In this document: positions 31,023 to 43,699 of the stretch, one piece after another
How positions within the stretch are numbered: the stretch's first letter is position 1
Layout of the letters: each line of letters begins with the position of its first letter
Source: Camelus ferus
Taxonomy: Eukaryota
Length of the DNA: 64,000 bases
Direction of reading: 5' to 3'
Assembly: GCF_009834535.1 (NCBI RefSeq)
Contig: NC_045699.1
Span: 42,780,001 to 42,844,000 of the forward strand
Position numbers and translations under genes: made by a program
Notes under the pieces: generated by a model
Seen by the model: the letters and a program-made list of their open reading frames with translations, nothing else
Database searches by the model: none
Told to the model about the DNA's origin: nothing

Positions 31023-31639
31023 GGCTTTCAGAGAGGGGTCAGAGGGTAGAAGAAGTAAAAGCAATACGGAAGGACAGGGGAAGCTGAGTCTTTGGCTAGT
31101 GACTCAGTCCTCCTGGGATAAGTTCTCTGCCCTCAGCTGAGGGAGAGCAGTTCTCCTGCAGTCGCCATATTAGCGTCTTCAACTCCTGAAGTTGGAGCAA
31201 TATCTGAGAGTGGGAAAGGAGGAGGGGCAATGCCAATTATCAGCTTTGGGAGGTTACCAAGGCAATCCAATTTGAATAAATTATAAATTAAAAAATAAAT
31301 AAAATAATAAGTGGCCCCTGCCCAGGACAGGGAGGCAACGCTGGCATGACTTGCCTGGGAACTTAGGACAACCTCAGGGTAGCTCCAGGTCCTCCCCACT
31401 ACCTCAGCTGGCCTGGGAAATCCAAAGGAGGGGGCAGGCACGTGGAGTACCCAGAGTAGGTCAGGGTGTGGTACGGAGCAGAAGCTCTAAACACCCAAGT
31501 AATCAATTTGGGCATGAGCATGGCGAGGGCTTTAATTCAAGCTTGAAGGGTCTCTCGCCACTTCTCCACGTGTTTGCTCTGTTCAGGATGGAGCAGGATG
31601 GGCAGGTTCTTGACCCACATGGGTTCAGGGCACTGACAG

Positions 31640-34163
31640 TCAGGGCAAAGGTGAGTAACGTGGATTGTGAGGGGCCTCAGTCACAGCCTGCAGTTCGTAA
31701 GGGAGACCTGTGTCCAGTTCCAGGCTCCGGCGGGAAAAAAGCAGGCGGATGTCTCCATGCAGGCTTAACCGGCCTGAGCGGGAGCTCCGGAACCTGGGGG
31801 AGAACAGGCAGGGTGACCAAAGTGAGAAACCAGACAGTAGAGAAGCAAGGAGAAATCCTGGTCAGAGAAAGGTACCTGGGCCTCCTCTCCAGCTGCCCTG
31901 GGCCCCTGTCCTCACCTGAGGTGCAACAAGTAGCAGAGGAGGCGGCGNNNNNNNNNNNNNNNNNNNNNNNNNNNNNNNNNNNNNNNNNNNNNNNNNNNNN
32001 NNNNNNNNNNNNNNNNNNNNNNNNNNNNNNNNNNNNNNNNNNNNNNNNNNNNNNNNNNNNNNNNNNNNNNNNNNNNNNNNNNNNNNNNNNNNNNNNNNNN
32101 NNNAAGCAAGGTTGGTAGGGTCTAGGGGATGTTTTCCTCTCCCCACTCCCACTCCCCCTCAGGGAAAACTCACCACTTGGATGGTGCCCACCTTGGGCAC
32201 GCTGTAACCCTTCCTCCCCAGGGGGTTCAGGTCCACGACACCCTGGGAAGGCCATGGAGCCATCAGCCAAGATAGAGTCTGGGAGATTCCTTGAATACTC
32301 ATGCATCACTACAATCTCTCACTCTGGGACCCAGCCCCTGCCCCATACTAGAGTTCTCCCCACCTGGCCCTGACATTCTCCTGACATCACTCTTTAGATA
32401 AGAACATCTGAAGAATACCTCCTGCCCCAACCCTCATCCTCCTCATAAGCTAACTTTGGGTTGAGGTCAGGTCATACCAGGAAGGGGGCCGGGGCATTTT
32501 GCTCAGAAACATCAAAGAAGGTGACAGTGACAGGCAGCGTGACATGCTGAGGGCAGTAGGATCCACTAGCTCCAATCTCTGCCGTGAAGCCCTCAATGTG
32601 GCCAGATGGTGCAAAACGTCCTCGCAGCAATGATTCCTGGGGTTGAGGTGGGAAAACACATTATGAGAAAGATGCTAGCTATTTTCTTTATCCATCCAGG
32701 CAACACTCCACCATCCCTTCCCACAAAACCCCTCAATGAAGGAATCCAAGGGAAACTACCTCAAAGTTGCCCAACAGGGTACGGCTGACAGTGGGAGTAG
32801 GAACAGGGGAGGCACTGGGGGGGCTCAGCAGGCCTGGACCCTTCCGGAGGCTTCGAAGGGAGCTCCTGGTAAGGGAAGGAATACATAGTGGGTTGGCTTC
32901 AGGTATCTGGGATGCTTGCTCACGTCCTTGGGCTCCACTATTTGATACTACCCAGGCCTCCTTCCCTGAGGTCCCCTACAGTGGAATTGGAAAGAGGATT
33001 ACAGACTTCTGTCCCATTTTCAGGGACAGGGCAGAGAGAGAAGCTGGTCACTTACAGCTTCAGGCGACGGGCACCTTTCAGCCTCCGTCCCATGGGACTG
33101 CAGTCTCTTGGGTCCTGTGGAGAGGAAAGGTTAAGGAAAGAGATTGGGTAGAGGCCAGGTATGTTTGGAGCAGGGGCTCATCACAAGCTCTTATAGGAAC
33201 ATCCCCATAGCCCATAACCTTTCCCCACACACACATCCACTTAAGAGCAGATCATCCCTCCTGGCTTACCAGTACAGGCTCCTTGGGCCCAGGCAGCAGG
33301 TGGTTCCAGAAGGGTGTGGCTTTGGCATCAGAATTGTTGGCAGCAGGAGGGTGGCCCAGGGCTCCCCGGCGCCTCCGAGGGGCTGGCCCCTCATCCTCAG
33401 AGCTGACATGCAGGGCTTCTCCAGCAGGAAGCAGCCTTCGCTTGGTGGGGCAGGGGCCTGGAGGTCCAGGGCCAGGGGGTGTGTGCTCGGGGCTGTGCCC
33501 ATTGGCAGTGCCAAGGGACTCCCTAGGCCAGGGGCTGCCCCCGTTGCCCACCCCAGCCACTGGGCTCTGATCCCCTATTTGTGCAAGACTGTGCAAATCA
33601 GTGTCAAGTGTGTGCAGCTGGCCCGGATGGGCTGGCCCTGGGGACTCTCCCAGGGACCCCTGTCCCACTGGATCTGGGGAAACCCAGTCTCTGGTGTGCA
33701 AAGTATTGCAGGAAGCATTTGATGGGGGCCAGGGAGGGCTCCAGGTTCCTGAAGTCCAAGGTGAGGTGGAACTACCTCCCTGTTCCACAACACAGAGGCC
33801 ATGATGGCAGAAATGTTGGCTGGCCACACCCAATCCCAGCCCCAGTCCCTCTGGGCCCAATAGTCCCACAGTAGATGGTTCTTCAGGGGGTAGTCCCTCT
33901 CTGGCCCCCAGCCCAGGGCCTCTCTTCAGCTCCCGGGGACCCTCGGTAGGCGGGGCTNNNNNNNNNNNNNNNNNNNNNNNNNNNNNNNNNNNNNNNNNNN
34001 NNNNNNNNNNNNNNNNNNNNNNNNNNNNNNNNNNNNNNNNNNNNNNNNNNNNNNNNNNNNNNNNNNNNNNNNNNNNNNNNNNNNNNNNNNNNNNNNNNNN
34101 NNNNNNNNNNNNNNNNNNNNNNNNNNNNNNNNNNNNNNNNNNNNNNNNNNNNNNNNNNNNNNN
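31640..34163 (-). CDS. ATOSB: Atos homolog B (FAM214B); start codon and part of one internal exon fall in N gaps, so the 5' coordinate is estimated
   Basis: Visible coding segments 33270-33957, 33056-33114, 32760-32865, 32478-32636, 32174-32242, 31916-31947 and 31640-31793. They give EGPRELKRGPGLGAREGLPPEEPSTVGLLGPEG, SRTLLGNFEESLLRGRFAPSGHIEGFTAEIGASG, RLLCYLLHLRFRSSRSGRLSLHGDIRLLFSRRSLE...RYSPLP*. The large exon's acceptor AG (34239-34240) abuts the gap; ATG placed by homologue length. Confidence 0.93.
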
Positions 34164-34238
34164 NNNNNNNNNNNNNNNNNNNNNNNNNNNNNNNNNNNNN
34201 NNNNNNNNNNNNNNNNNNNNNNNNNNNNNNNNNNNNNN
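33958..34238. other. Assembly gap hiding the ATOSB start codon (other gaps: 23839-24000, 31948-32103, 54369-54526, 55016-55177)
   Basis: N runs. Confidence 0.99.
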
Positions 34239-34500
34239 CTGTACAAGAGAAGAGAAGAAAAGATGGTCAGAGCAATCAGTGAATCTTCTCCCTCCCAGCT
34301 GAATTTCAGATCCTCCCCTGGACTGAAGAGGTGACCTTGGAGGACTCCTGGGTTGAAGGTATCCAAATCCCCAGATGGATTAATGGAACCTAGAGGCCTC
34401 TCCCAGAACTTCTGAGAACGTGACATGGTTAGCTCAGGTTTCTAATTGGACCGGCTCTCCCTCCCTCTCCCTGGCACTCACCCCCATGAAGAGGCCTTAC

Positions 34501-34625
34501 GCCTAGCTGTGTGTTGCCGCTTCCTGACTGATGCCTTGTTCTCCTAGCTTGCAGTCTGGTCCATGCCTGCTGCACTGGCAAGGTGACTGCCACCATTCCG
34601 TGCAGCTCCTGGGCTCAGCTGGACC
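34501..34625 (-). other. ATOSB: Probable ATOSB 5' exon (125 nt, likely UTR, contains upstream ATGs)
   Basis: Polypyrimidine acceptor ctctcctcag| and donor GGC|gtaagg, immediately upstream of the large coding exon. Confidence 0.6.
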
Positions 34626-36979
34626 CTGAGGAGAGAAAAACAGACATAAGCCAGGATCTCTGGAGCCAGTGATAAGGCGCCTCTCCAATTGTGGGCTAAC
34701 AGAGCATACCCCAGGACATCCTCCTCTGGCATAAGAAGCTCTTCAGAAACAGAAAGGGCAGTCTTGGGATCCAGGGTCCAGAGGGCAGAACTGGGCCACC
34801 CAAGGAGTCACAGAGAGGCAGGTCTTAGCTCTTTGTAATAAGGAAGTGAGAAGTAAGTTGAGGCAGGATGACTATTTGTCAGGGCCACCAGCTGGGGAAC
34901 TTCTGCCTTGAATGGGAAGGGGGATGAGATACCTCATGGTCCAAGAGATCATGCCAGCTGAGAGGTGGCCAAAGCAAGAATTCAGCTTTCCTAGTCAAGG
35001 CCACTGAGTTGCACAACTCCCTCCCATATACCTATCTGCAAAGGGACAAGTGCCACCTCAGAACCTTAAGGGCAAAGGTTTTGCAGAAACTTAACCCCCA
35101 TCAGTGCTCCTTAGAGGTACAAACCTCAGGTCAGCTCAAAGTGGGCCCTTCAGCATTAAACCCCCAATTGCCCCCAGCAGTCTGTCCCTTTAACAGGAAG
35201 CAACAAATCTAACCAAAACAAGTCTGGGGGGTGGGGTGGGAGAGGAAGCACAGCTAAAAGGCACTTTCCAGGGCCTACCCCACCCCCTAGGCCCTGCAAA
35301 CTAGAGATAAGGCAGAGACAGTCAGACAGCTGGAGTACCTCTCACTCGTCTCCAACGTATCGAACACCCAAAACCCCAAACCACTGCTTTTCTGCCAGGG
35401 GACAAGATGGTCTTCACTGATTTGTCCACCCTCAGGAGCCCATATTGGGTGAGGGATGTCAAACTGAAGGCCATTTTTCATCGTGAGAGGAAATACTGTC
35501 CCCAAGATCAAGCTTCTCCTTTGGTCAGTAGCCTGTGCTGCCTGCTATCCACAAAACCCTTTCCCCTTCTAGGAATTCCCCCTGAATGCCTATCCAAGTC
35601 CTACCCTTCCTCCTTGGCTAGGCCAAATGCTATCCCCTCCAGAAAGCCTGTTCTTGCCACCCCAGACCACAGATATCTCTGTCTCCTCTGAATCTTCACC
35701 TGTGGCAGTGTCATTATCTCCTGTAACCCTGTGGCAGTTTTGCTTGCTTCTGTGGGTAAAACATCTCCAATTGACCACAGGGTTCTTGAAGATAGATTTG
35801 TGCCTCGCTCCTTGCATAAAACAGGACTGAAAAAAAGTAGAATGCAAGCCCTAGAGATCTGGGCAGCAGTCCTGACAGTGCAGAGAAAAACTCCCAGAGT
35901 GAGAGAAGCAGAGAGATTAATTGTATAAGGAGAATCAGCAACAACAGAGGTGGGGTCGGAGGCAGGGAGAAAGGGGAGATTTGCACCCAGGGACCAAAAA
36001 GCTCCCTTACATCAAGTTCCCATCATTGCACCCTACACTATCCTATTTCACCAAGTTCTCATTAGAACTGGAAGCCCTAAGAAAATTCTGGTTCCCTTTG
36101 GTGGGTGGGGTGTCTGAAAAGGGCAGAATGCCAATGGCAGCATTGTCAGAGGGTACAACCTGTACTCATCTCTTTCCTCCTCTCCTCTACCTACATCATA
36201 CAGATTGAGGAAGGGTCTCTTCCTTAGCACTCCCACCTCCAGGTCATCCCAGTTGGCCTCTTGAGTCCTTGCTCTGAGGAAGCCAGGTGATGACATGATA
36301 TGGGGCTTGACCCCAGCATGCCTGGCATCTGCTTATTACCCCCGAGCCCTCTCAGTTCCTGCTGGGTCAATGAGAAGCTTTAAGACTCAGTTCTCTGCCA
36401 CCCAGCCGGTCTGGCTCTAGACCATGGCTTCAAGCTGACTCATGGGGCAGGACTTGGTGGGGAGAGGGAGGGGCAGGGTAGGCAAAACCTTATTCTCTGT
36501 GCAGGGGGTGGGTGGCTGGTGTCAAACAACTGTATCAGGCTGTGGCTGGCAAGGACTACAGCTCCCAACATGCCAAGGCAGCAAGGCCAGCAAAAACAAC
36601 AAGTCCCAGAATACCATGGGGTCAATACCCTCAGACACCTGCTAGGCCTGGGAGGAGGGGTAGGTGGGTGTTGAGCTCCCAGGCTCACTCTCCCCTTCCC
36701 TTTAGTATAAAAGGTATCCATTTCTACCCTGATCAAGAAGGGTGCAGGAAGGAGAATTCCTCTCCATGTGCTTTCCACCCTCACCCCCTTCAGAGAGAAC
36801 TGCTGCCAGCTGCTCTACATTTTATCTCTACATCCGTCCACACAAGCTAGGGGGACCACCACTGTGGGTAGGAAGGTCAACCACTGCTTTCTCACCAACC
36901 TCTTACCTCTGGCCCAGAGCCCTCCACCCTCCGTGGAGAGGAAACAAATCTTAACACCTCCTCCAAAATGAGCCCAGCA

Positions 36980-37650
36980 GACTCACCCCAGCACCCGGGC
37001 TCCAGGACTCCTTGTTCTGAACGAACCCCCCGCCCCAACTCCCTGCTTAGCCTCCCAAGTCTTTTCTCACCCCTCTCCTCCCCACAGCCTGGGACAGGCC
37101 CCATTCCCTATTGGAGCTTCGGAGATTTGCTATTTCCCCCTAGCACAAACTCACCCCGTTCCCAAATTGGCTCTGCCGCCGCGGCCTCTGCTCCGGGCCC
37201 TTCCGTCCCGTCCCGTCCCGGTCCCTCCCCTCGAATGCCCGGTTCTCCCCACCAAGGGCCCCCAACCCAGACAAAGGGTGGCTCAGACTGAGCCCTGCTC
37301 TGTTAGGCTCTTCTCTGTTCAGCTTCGTGTGCAACACTAGCGGGCCCTGGCGCCCGCAGCCCCCAAGCCGCTGCCGCGCCCCTCCCCGCGACTGTCCCTC
37401 CCCGTGGCCGCCCCGGCTCCGCGGTGCCGACTCCACTGCCCCTCTGACTCACAGGCCATTTCCTACCAGCTGATGGGGCTGCCCGCCCCGCCTAGCGCCC
37501 CAACACCCCCGCCGCGGCCACCGCGGCCGCCACGCCCCCTAAAACTCGGCCCTCCGTGGGCAGCGACCATGCTCATTGGCCCAAAGGAGGCCAGCCTCCC
37601 TACGACCTCAAGTGTGAGGCACGCCCCCTGCAAGAAACGCACGCCCATTG
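36980..37650 (-). promoter_or_regulatory. Proximal CpG island, candidate alternative ATOSB first exon
   Basis: CpG/GC-rich with CCAAT boxes; strong minus-strand donors G|gtgagt at 37154 and 36986. Confidence 0.55.
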
Positions 37651-39325
37651 GTCCACAAGGGGGCAGGACTACCAGGGTAGCCCCACCTATCTCCTTAACC
37701 CATCTGCTGCCGAAATCCAAAGCTGCTCTCAGATCTGCCATTTAACCCTTTGAAAGACGTAGGCCTCCCATTTTGCACCCCGCCCTTCCTCTTCCAAAGC
37801 TGGTTAATAGGACGCTCTAGGGCTTTCATAGACACAGTTCAACAATCTCCAGAGTCAGCCAGCTCTTCCCACACCAGACCCCAAATATCCCAACTCCCAT
37901 TCATCTCTCCATGCCTTGCAAATCAAGGTTCCCGAGACCAGAGGGCTGTTAAGGCCCAGGAAGCTTCCTTCATGCGAGAGCAGATGAAAAGTCCTGAAGT
38001 GAGTCTTATTTCCTTCCATTGAGAAACAGTATTCTTTCTTCTCTTACTCTACATTGATGTTCTCTTGCCTTTATTAGAGGGGCCCCAAGGGCTCCTGAGA
38101 TAGGGATACATTTTAATTCAGGAATCTAGACATCATTTTTTGCCTTTGAACGTCCATTCTGAGATCAGGCTGCTTAGCCCCTTTCTGCCAGTACTCTTTT
38201 CTATTCATAAGCCCCTGTTCAAGGAGGCAGAGCACCCAGGAATCTGTCCACAGTGGGGGAAAATGTGCCCAACTCTTGTGACGGAGCTCACTATGATTCA
38301 TAGCTCCTTCGAAACTCCCCACCCTCCCGGAGTTACTGGGCCCCAGGCCCAGCCCAAACTCAGCCAAATTAAGTGGCAGCAGGGCCAGGATTCTTAATTC
38401 TTATTCTCCTATTTTTTTAATGACCAGAATGGAAACATTTGCAAGGATTAGACATTAAAAGGCATTTTTCAGAGGCGCTGCTCTGGGGGCAAGTTAAGAA
38501 AATAAACAGTCCTGTCTATCTTTCCCTCTGCACTTGTAAAGTCAGACAGTTTGGAATTTAAGAGGCTTTTTCTCCCAGTCTTCCACGGAAGCACGAGGGA
38601 AAGACCAGTGTCAAAAGAGGTAGGACTCAAACTGAGGGCAGGCTCCCTGGCTGTGCCTCCGGAAGAGGGGGAGTCCATTCTTTAATAGTTCAGAAGCCAC
38701 AGAAGGCCCAAGCTACCTTGCCTGTGGTGTTGGCCCCAAGGGCCCCCGAGGTTGTCACTGGACAGTAAAAAGAGGTTCTCCTCCCCTACGTCCTCCCTGT
38801 GCCCTAGACTTAGGAAGGATAAGCAACTAACAGTTCCCTTGGGTGCCCTTCTCCTCACCTCTGCCCAGCGGAAAAACCCTGAAAAAAGAACGCAACTGCA
38901 AGACTAACTTCCTTGCTGGTTCCCTAATGCTAAGAAACAGGATTTAGGAAATTTCCAACACCCTGAACATAATTTCAGAGTACCAATGTAAGAGCCTACT
39001 TGCCTTAGTAAAAGCTTACTGGGAAGTCAGTTAAACATAGAACACTGTAGGGAAGAAATAATCCCTTGCTGGCCCCACCTTATTCTATCTAACCACCTCT
39101 ATCATAGGCCCAGGCTTTAGTTATCTGGAAAGGTCATGGCGCAATAGTTCAGAGGGAAGGATCAAAGATGTTCTAGGCTTCAGTATGCCTTGGGAAAGCT
39201 GCATGGTACAATCAAGAGGCTTTACCTTAGCTGCCCTAAATTCTTACCCTGCTTTATTTTTTTTCATAGCAGTTATCACCAGCTGACACTTCTCCTTCTT
39301 GCCCCTCCTCCCCCCCTCTTCTTCC

Positions 39326-39380
<55 letters not shown>
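39326..39380. repeat. (CT)n(CA)n microsatellite
   Basis: Direct reading. Confidence 0.9.
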
Positions 39381-39381
<1 letters not shown>

Positions 39382-41449
39382 CATTTCTTTCTCTACCTAT
39401 GAGAATGGAAGCACCATGAGAGTAGCAGTTTGTCTGCTTTGTTCATGCTGGTATTCCCAAAGTCAACATCAGTGCCTGACATATAATAGGTGCTCAATAA
39501 ACACTGGCTGAAAGAAACAATGAGCCCTGGGCTGAGTGAACAGCAATCAGGACACCTGGGTTCTAATGCCTGCTCTTTCACTGTGAGACTTGTGTCTTTG
39601 GTTGTTAATTTCCAAATCTGTAAAATGAGGAGTTTGTATAACTGATAACCATTAAGGGCATCTACAACTCTGACCTTATACTGCTATAAGTCTAATGGCT
39701 ATTGTTCACTCGTATCCATTTTCAGAGGATGGGTCTAAGTGTCTGAATGCCCTGCTGCTTGTACCAAAGCAGAAAGGCTATACTCCAGCCTCAGCACAGC
39801 AGACTGATGCCCTTTCTCTTCATGCCCCACCCACTCACACAAATGCCTCAGTCCTGAGGAAACTGCAGTGAGTCTGCCCTAGGCCCTGCCTCTCTGAGAG
39901 ACAGTCTGGGGAGCTGTGTTGCCATAGCAATCAGCTCCTCCTCAAAAGGCTTCGGCCTGCCCTCCTTTACCCCACCCTACCCCATGGCTTTGTCTGGCCC
40001 CAGCACCCCCTCCCGCTCCAGCCAGTCTCTCAGCCAGAGGAGGCAGGCTTGGGGCCCCTTTCAGCAACACTGTCACACTCATTCAGCCACTGTGTGGAAA
40101 GCAGAGATTTCTCACCCACTCCCAGCCAGCCCAGGGGCAAAAAGAACTCTGGTATTATATCAGGTCCCTTTAGGGAAACACAGAAGCCCCCAAGAGAACT
40201 AGGTCCTAGTCTCAGTTCTAACAGCTTCCAAGCGAGGAATGTAGGGAGCCATTTGTTCTTCTTTCCCCAGCAGAGGCTGGAATTTCACATCCCTTCCTAA
40301 ATTCAGCCTACAATAGTAGCCCACCTCTCACGACTTGCATCAAAGACTCTTAGTATGTCTTACCAGTCTCACCATTTCCCTCTCCCACAGAAGCCCAGAA
40401 TTTTTGAGGGTCTTAGGGTTCCCCAACAAAGAGAAGGAAATGTGTGGGGAAATTAGTATGGGGCAAGTGGTAAAAATGTGGCTACCTGGTCACTTGGCGG
40501 AGCTGTTGGGAGAGACCTTGGTAGTAGTGAGGGCAGGCGGGGTCTGGGCCTTGCTGCAGGTTACTTAGGTCCCTGGTCATTGAGTACAAAGTCTGAGGCA
40601 GGGCACAGCTCCTAGACAGGCAAGGACCAGGCCAGGCCCCAGGGCGAGGAAGGAAGTGGGAAATGAGCACACCCAGAGCATAAGGGCAGGGCAAAGGGGG
40701 GTTGGGGGGGGGGGAAGACAGGGACCAAGGTAGTCTTCTAGAAGGAACAGGAACTAGAGTGGGGGGTTAACAGGAACCGAATGGGGGAAGGGTCCCCAGG
40801 GTCACCAGCTAGTGGGTAAAAACCCAGTCTCAGCCAGACAGATCTGAAGCTGAGTGAGATAGTCACATAAGCCCTAGTGGCAAGTGGGGCCTGGAGTGCT
40901 CAGGCCTGAGAGTGGAGTTATGAGCTGAGGAGCCAGGAACACTACAAACTGGCTTCTTCATCCCACTAATTCCATCTCTCTCTTTCCTAAAACACAGTAC
41001 ACAAACATCTTCCTGGAGTCTCTACAATGCCCCCAGACTTTCTCAAAGCACTAGGGGTTCTTCCCTCCTCATCTGGGGCCTACAACCCCTTCCCCTCACA
41101 CAGTGCCCGCAGCCCCATCCCTTCTTCCTCTACACAGTCCTTCTGCCCTTCCCACACTCTGGACCACCAGCCCTTCTCCATCACACAACACCCCCAACCC
41201 CGACCGAAGAGCCTTCAGATCCCCTCCCCCCTCAAGTATCGTCTCCAACCCTCCAGATAGCGACCTCAGCCCCTCACGGTACTTCCCACCCTCACAACGC
41301 ACTCCCGCTCCTCCTTCACAAGGACTACTGGCGAATGCACCTTATTGCCCACACATTGGGCCTCCAACTCCTCCCCCAACTCTGTCTTACTCCACTGCCC
41401 CAACATTTCTCCAGATCCTCTCCTTCCCTAACATGCTCCCTACCTCCTC

Positions 41450-42250
41450 ATGTCTGCCCAAGCGCACCCCCGTCCTCGTCCCTTCTTCCACGCGCACCCC
41501 GCCCCACACCTGTAGTTCCGTGGGTCCCGTTGCACCTGGGGAGGTAGTGGACTGGGGCAGTTACAGAGCAGCCCTGGCTGCAGTCTCGGCCTGCAAACCT
41601 CGCCCCTTTGGTCCGAGCCCCACCCCACAATGCCCGGACCCACCCTCCCCCTTGTCCCACCTCCCACCTTCCCCGGGCTCGTCCCCTTTCCTAGTTTCTT
41701 TAATTCCTCCGGCTCCTCCCCTGTAATCAGTGTCCCACCCCTCCCTGGCTCCGCCCCTTATCTCCCTCTCGGAGTCTCCCCATTGAACCTCTCCTTGTCC
41801 CTCGCCACACCCCTGGTCGCCGCCCCCTTTTGGTCTCTCTGCCTTTCACTAAAATCCAACCCCTCGGATTCCAGCCTGGCAGAACTCGTGCCAGGCCCCT
41901 TTCCACCGCTAACCCCCTCCCATCTCAAAGCCTCTCCTCCCTCCGCCCCTTCTCTGCACGCCTCACCCCGGAGCTCGCGCTCCAGCCCGGAACCGCTGGC
42001 TCTGATTGGCGGCGGCGGCCCCAATGGATGGCGGAGGAGACAGAGTGATGGCTGTAGGTCGCCCGAGGTCCCACCCTGGCCACGTGCGGCTTCTGTGATG
42101 ACAGGTCTAGAAGGGCGGGGCCTAGGCTTGTAGTGCGCGGCCTAGGCTAACCGGATCGGGCCGGAGTCGGGGAGCCAGAGCCGGGGCCAAAGCGCTAGCC
42201 CGAGGGCACTGAGCCTGACTATGCCCTCCCAGGCTTTCACTCTGTCATGA
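41450..42250 (-). promoter_or_regulatory. Distal CpG island, candidate main ATOSB promoter/exon 1
   Basis: CpG-rich with GC boxes and paired CCAAT boxes near 42005-42026; donor G|gtgagg at 41966. Confidence 0.6.
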
Positions 42251-43311
42251 GCTGCCTGCGAAACTTGAATCTTTCAGTGAAGCCCTCTGCGTCAGCACGC
42301 ATACTTGCCCTAATGTGTGATGTATGTGGGGTTTACCGAATAGTGCAAGGAATCTCAGGGCTATGTAAAGATGGGAGAATCTGCTTGGCGAGGTCTCATG
42401 TCTGTGAGGGTGAGCAGCTTCAGCATCCTACGTTATGCAGCTGAGTCTGAGTTCTGGGAGACTGGCAGTAAGAGTCAGATCGGTGCATGTGGAGGTAGAT
42501 GAGCGAGGAAGTCTGTGAATTTTATGAGTGTAAGAGTTAATACGGAGTTGGGAGAGCCTGCAATAGCCACAGAAAAGTAGAGCCTTTGCTTTGTACAAGT
42601 CTAGAATGAAGTATGTGACAGCGACACGTGTTCCGTAATTTAATTAGCGCTCCAGTCTTCTCTCCAAGTAACTTCTCCCAGCCCCACGAGTTCCCGAGAT
42701 ACAGCAGAGGAGGTCGACGTTTTCCAGCTATCCGGTAGATGGCAGCACAGGGCCCTTGAAGAACTGAGTGGCTCTGAACCCAGGGCCTTGTGGGCTTCTC
42801 TGTGGAGCCGGCGACATAAATGGCTGTATGATGGGTCGGACCAGTTGAATTTCTCTGAAAGTCTCAGATTCTTCAGGTCTCTGTGACTTTCTCTCTGTGA
42901 ATAACTTAAGCTGCTTTACTGAAGACTACAGGGTAGCATATTATATTTAGTTGTCATGTCACAGATCCCCTTGGCTGTGTCAGTTTCTCAGACTTCCTTA
43001 TTTTTGATGACGTTGACAGTTTTACAGAGTACTGGTAAGGGTATTTTGTATTATGTCTTTTGGTTGGAATTTGTCTGGTGTTTTTCTCATGATTATACCA
43101 AGATTATGCATTTGGGGGAGGAAGACCCCAGAGATAAAGTGCCAGTTTCATTACATTATATCCATGTATGCATGTATATACATGGTATGTTTACATATAC
43201 AATATTGGCATTATACTGTATTTTCTTATTACAAGCTTTTCTTTTTTAAGTCAATGGCTCCTAAACATTCTCTGAGTCTTTATTCTTCTGCAAGATTTAA
43301 AAAATTTCAGC

Positions 43312-43450
43312 AGGGAGGGTGTAGCTCAAGTGTTAGAGTGTATGCTTAGCATGCACAAGGTCCTGGGTTCAATCCCAGTACCTCCTCTAAAAATAAATAA
43401 ATAGACCTAATTTCCTCCCCCGCAACAGTAAATAAATAAATAAAATATTT
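43312..43450 (+). mobile_element. tRNA-derived SINE (camelid-type)
   Basis: gggagggtgtagctcaagtg...ggttcaatcccagtacctcc...cctaatttcctccccc. Confidence 0.85.
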
Positions 43451-43699
43451 ATAAAAATTTCTTTATGAAATATTTTAAGCATTCAGAGAATTATAAAGAA
43501 TACTATAACAAACCCACATTCTTCTCACATAGCTTTATCAAATGTTAATATTTTACCACATATGCTTCAGATTATCTTTTAAGGAAATTAGTATTTCAGG
43601 TAAAGTTGAACTTTAATCTACTCCTTCCTAATCCCAGCCCTGTTTCTCCCTTGTTCTTCATACTTCTCCAACACAGGAAAAAAAGACTGTCCTAAACTG

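Noticed and set aside
31351-32309. 255-aa and 210-aa ORFs, and others spanning N runs
   Set aside because: Artefacts of translating through gaps or antisense to ATOSB exons.
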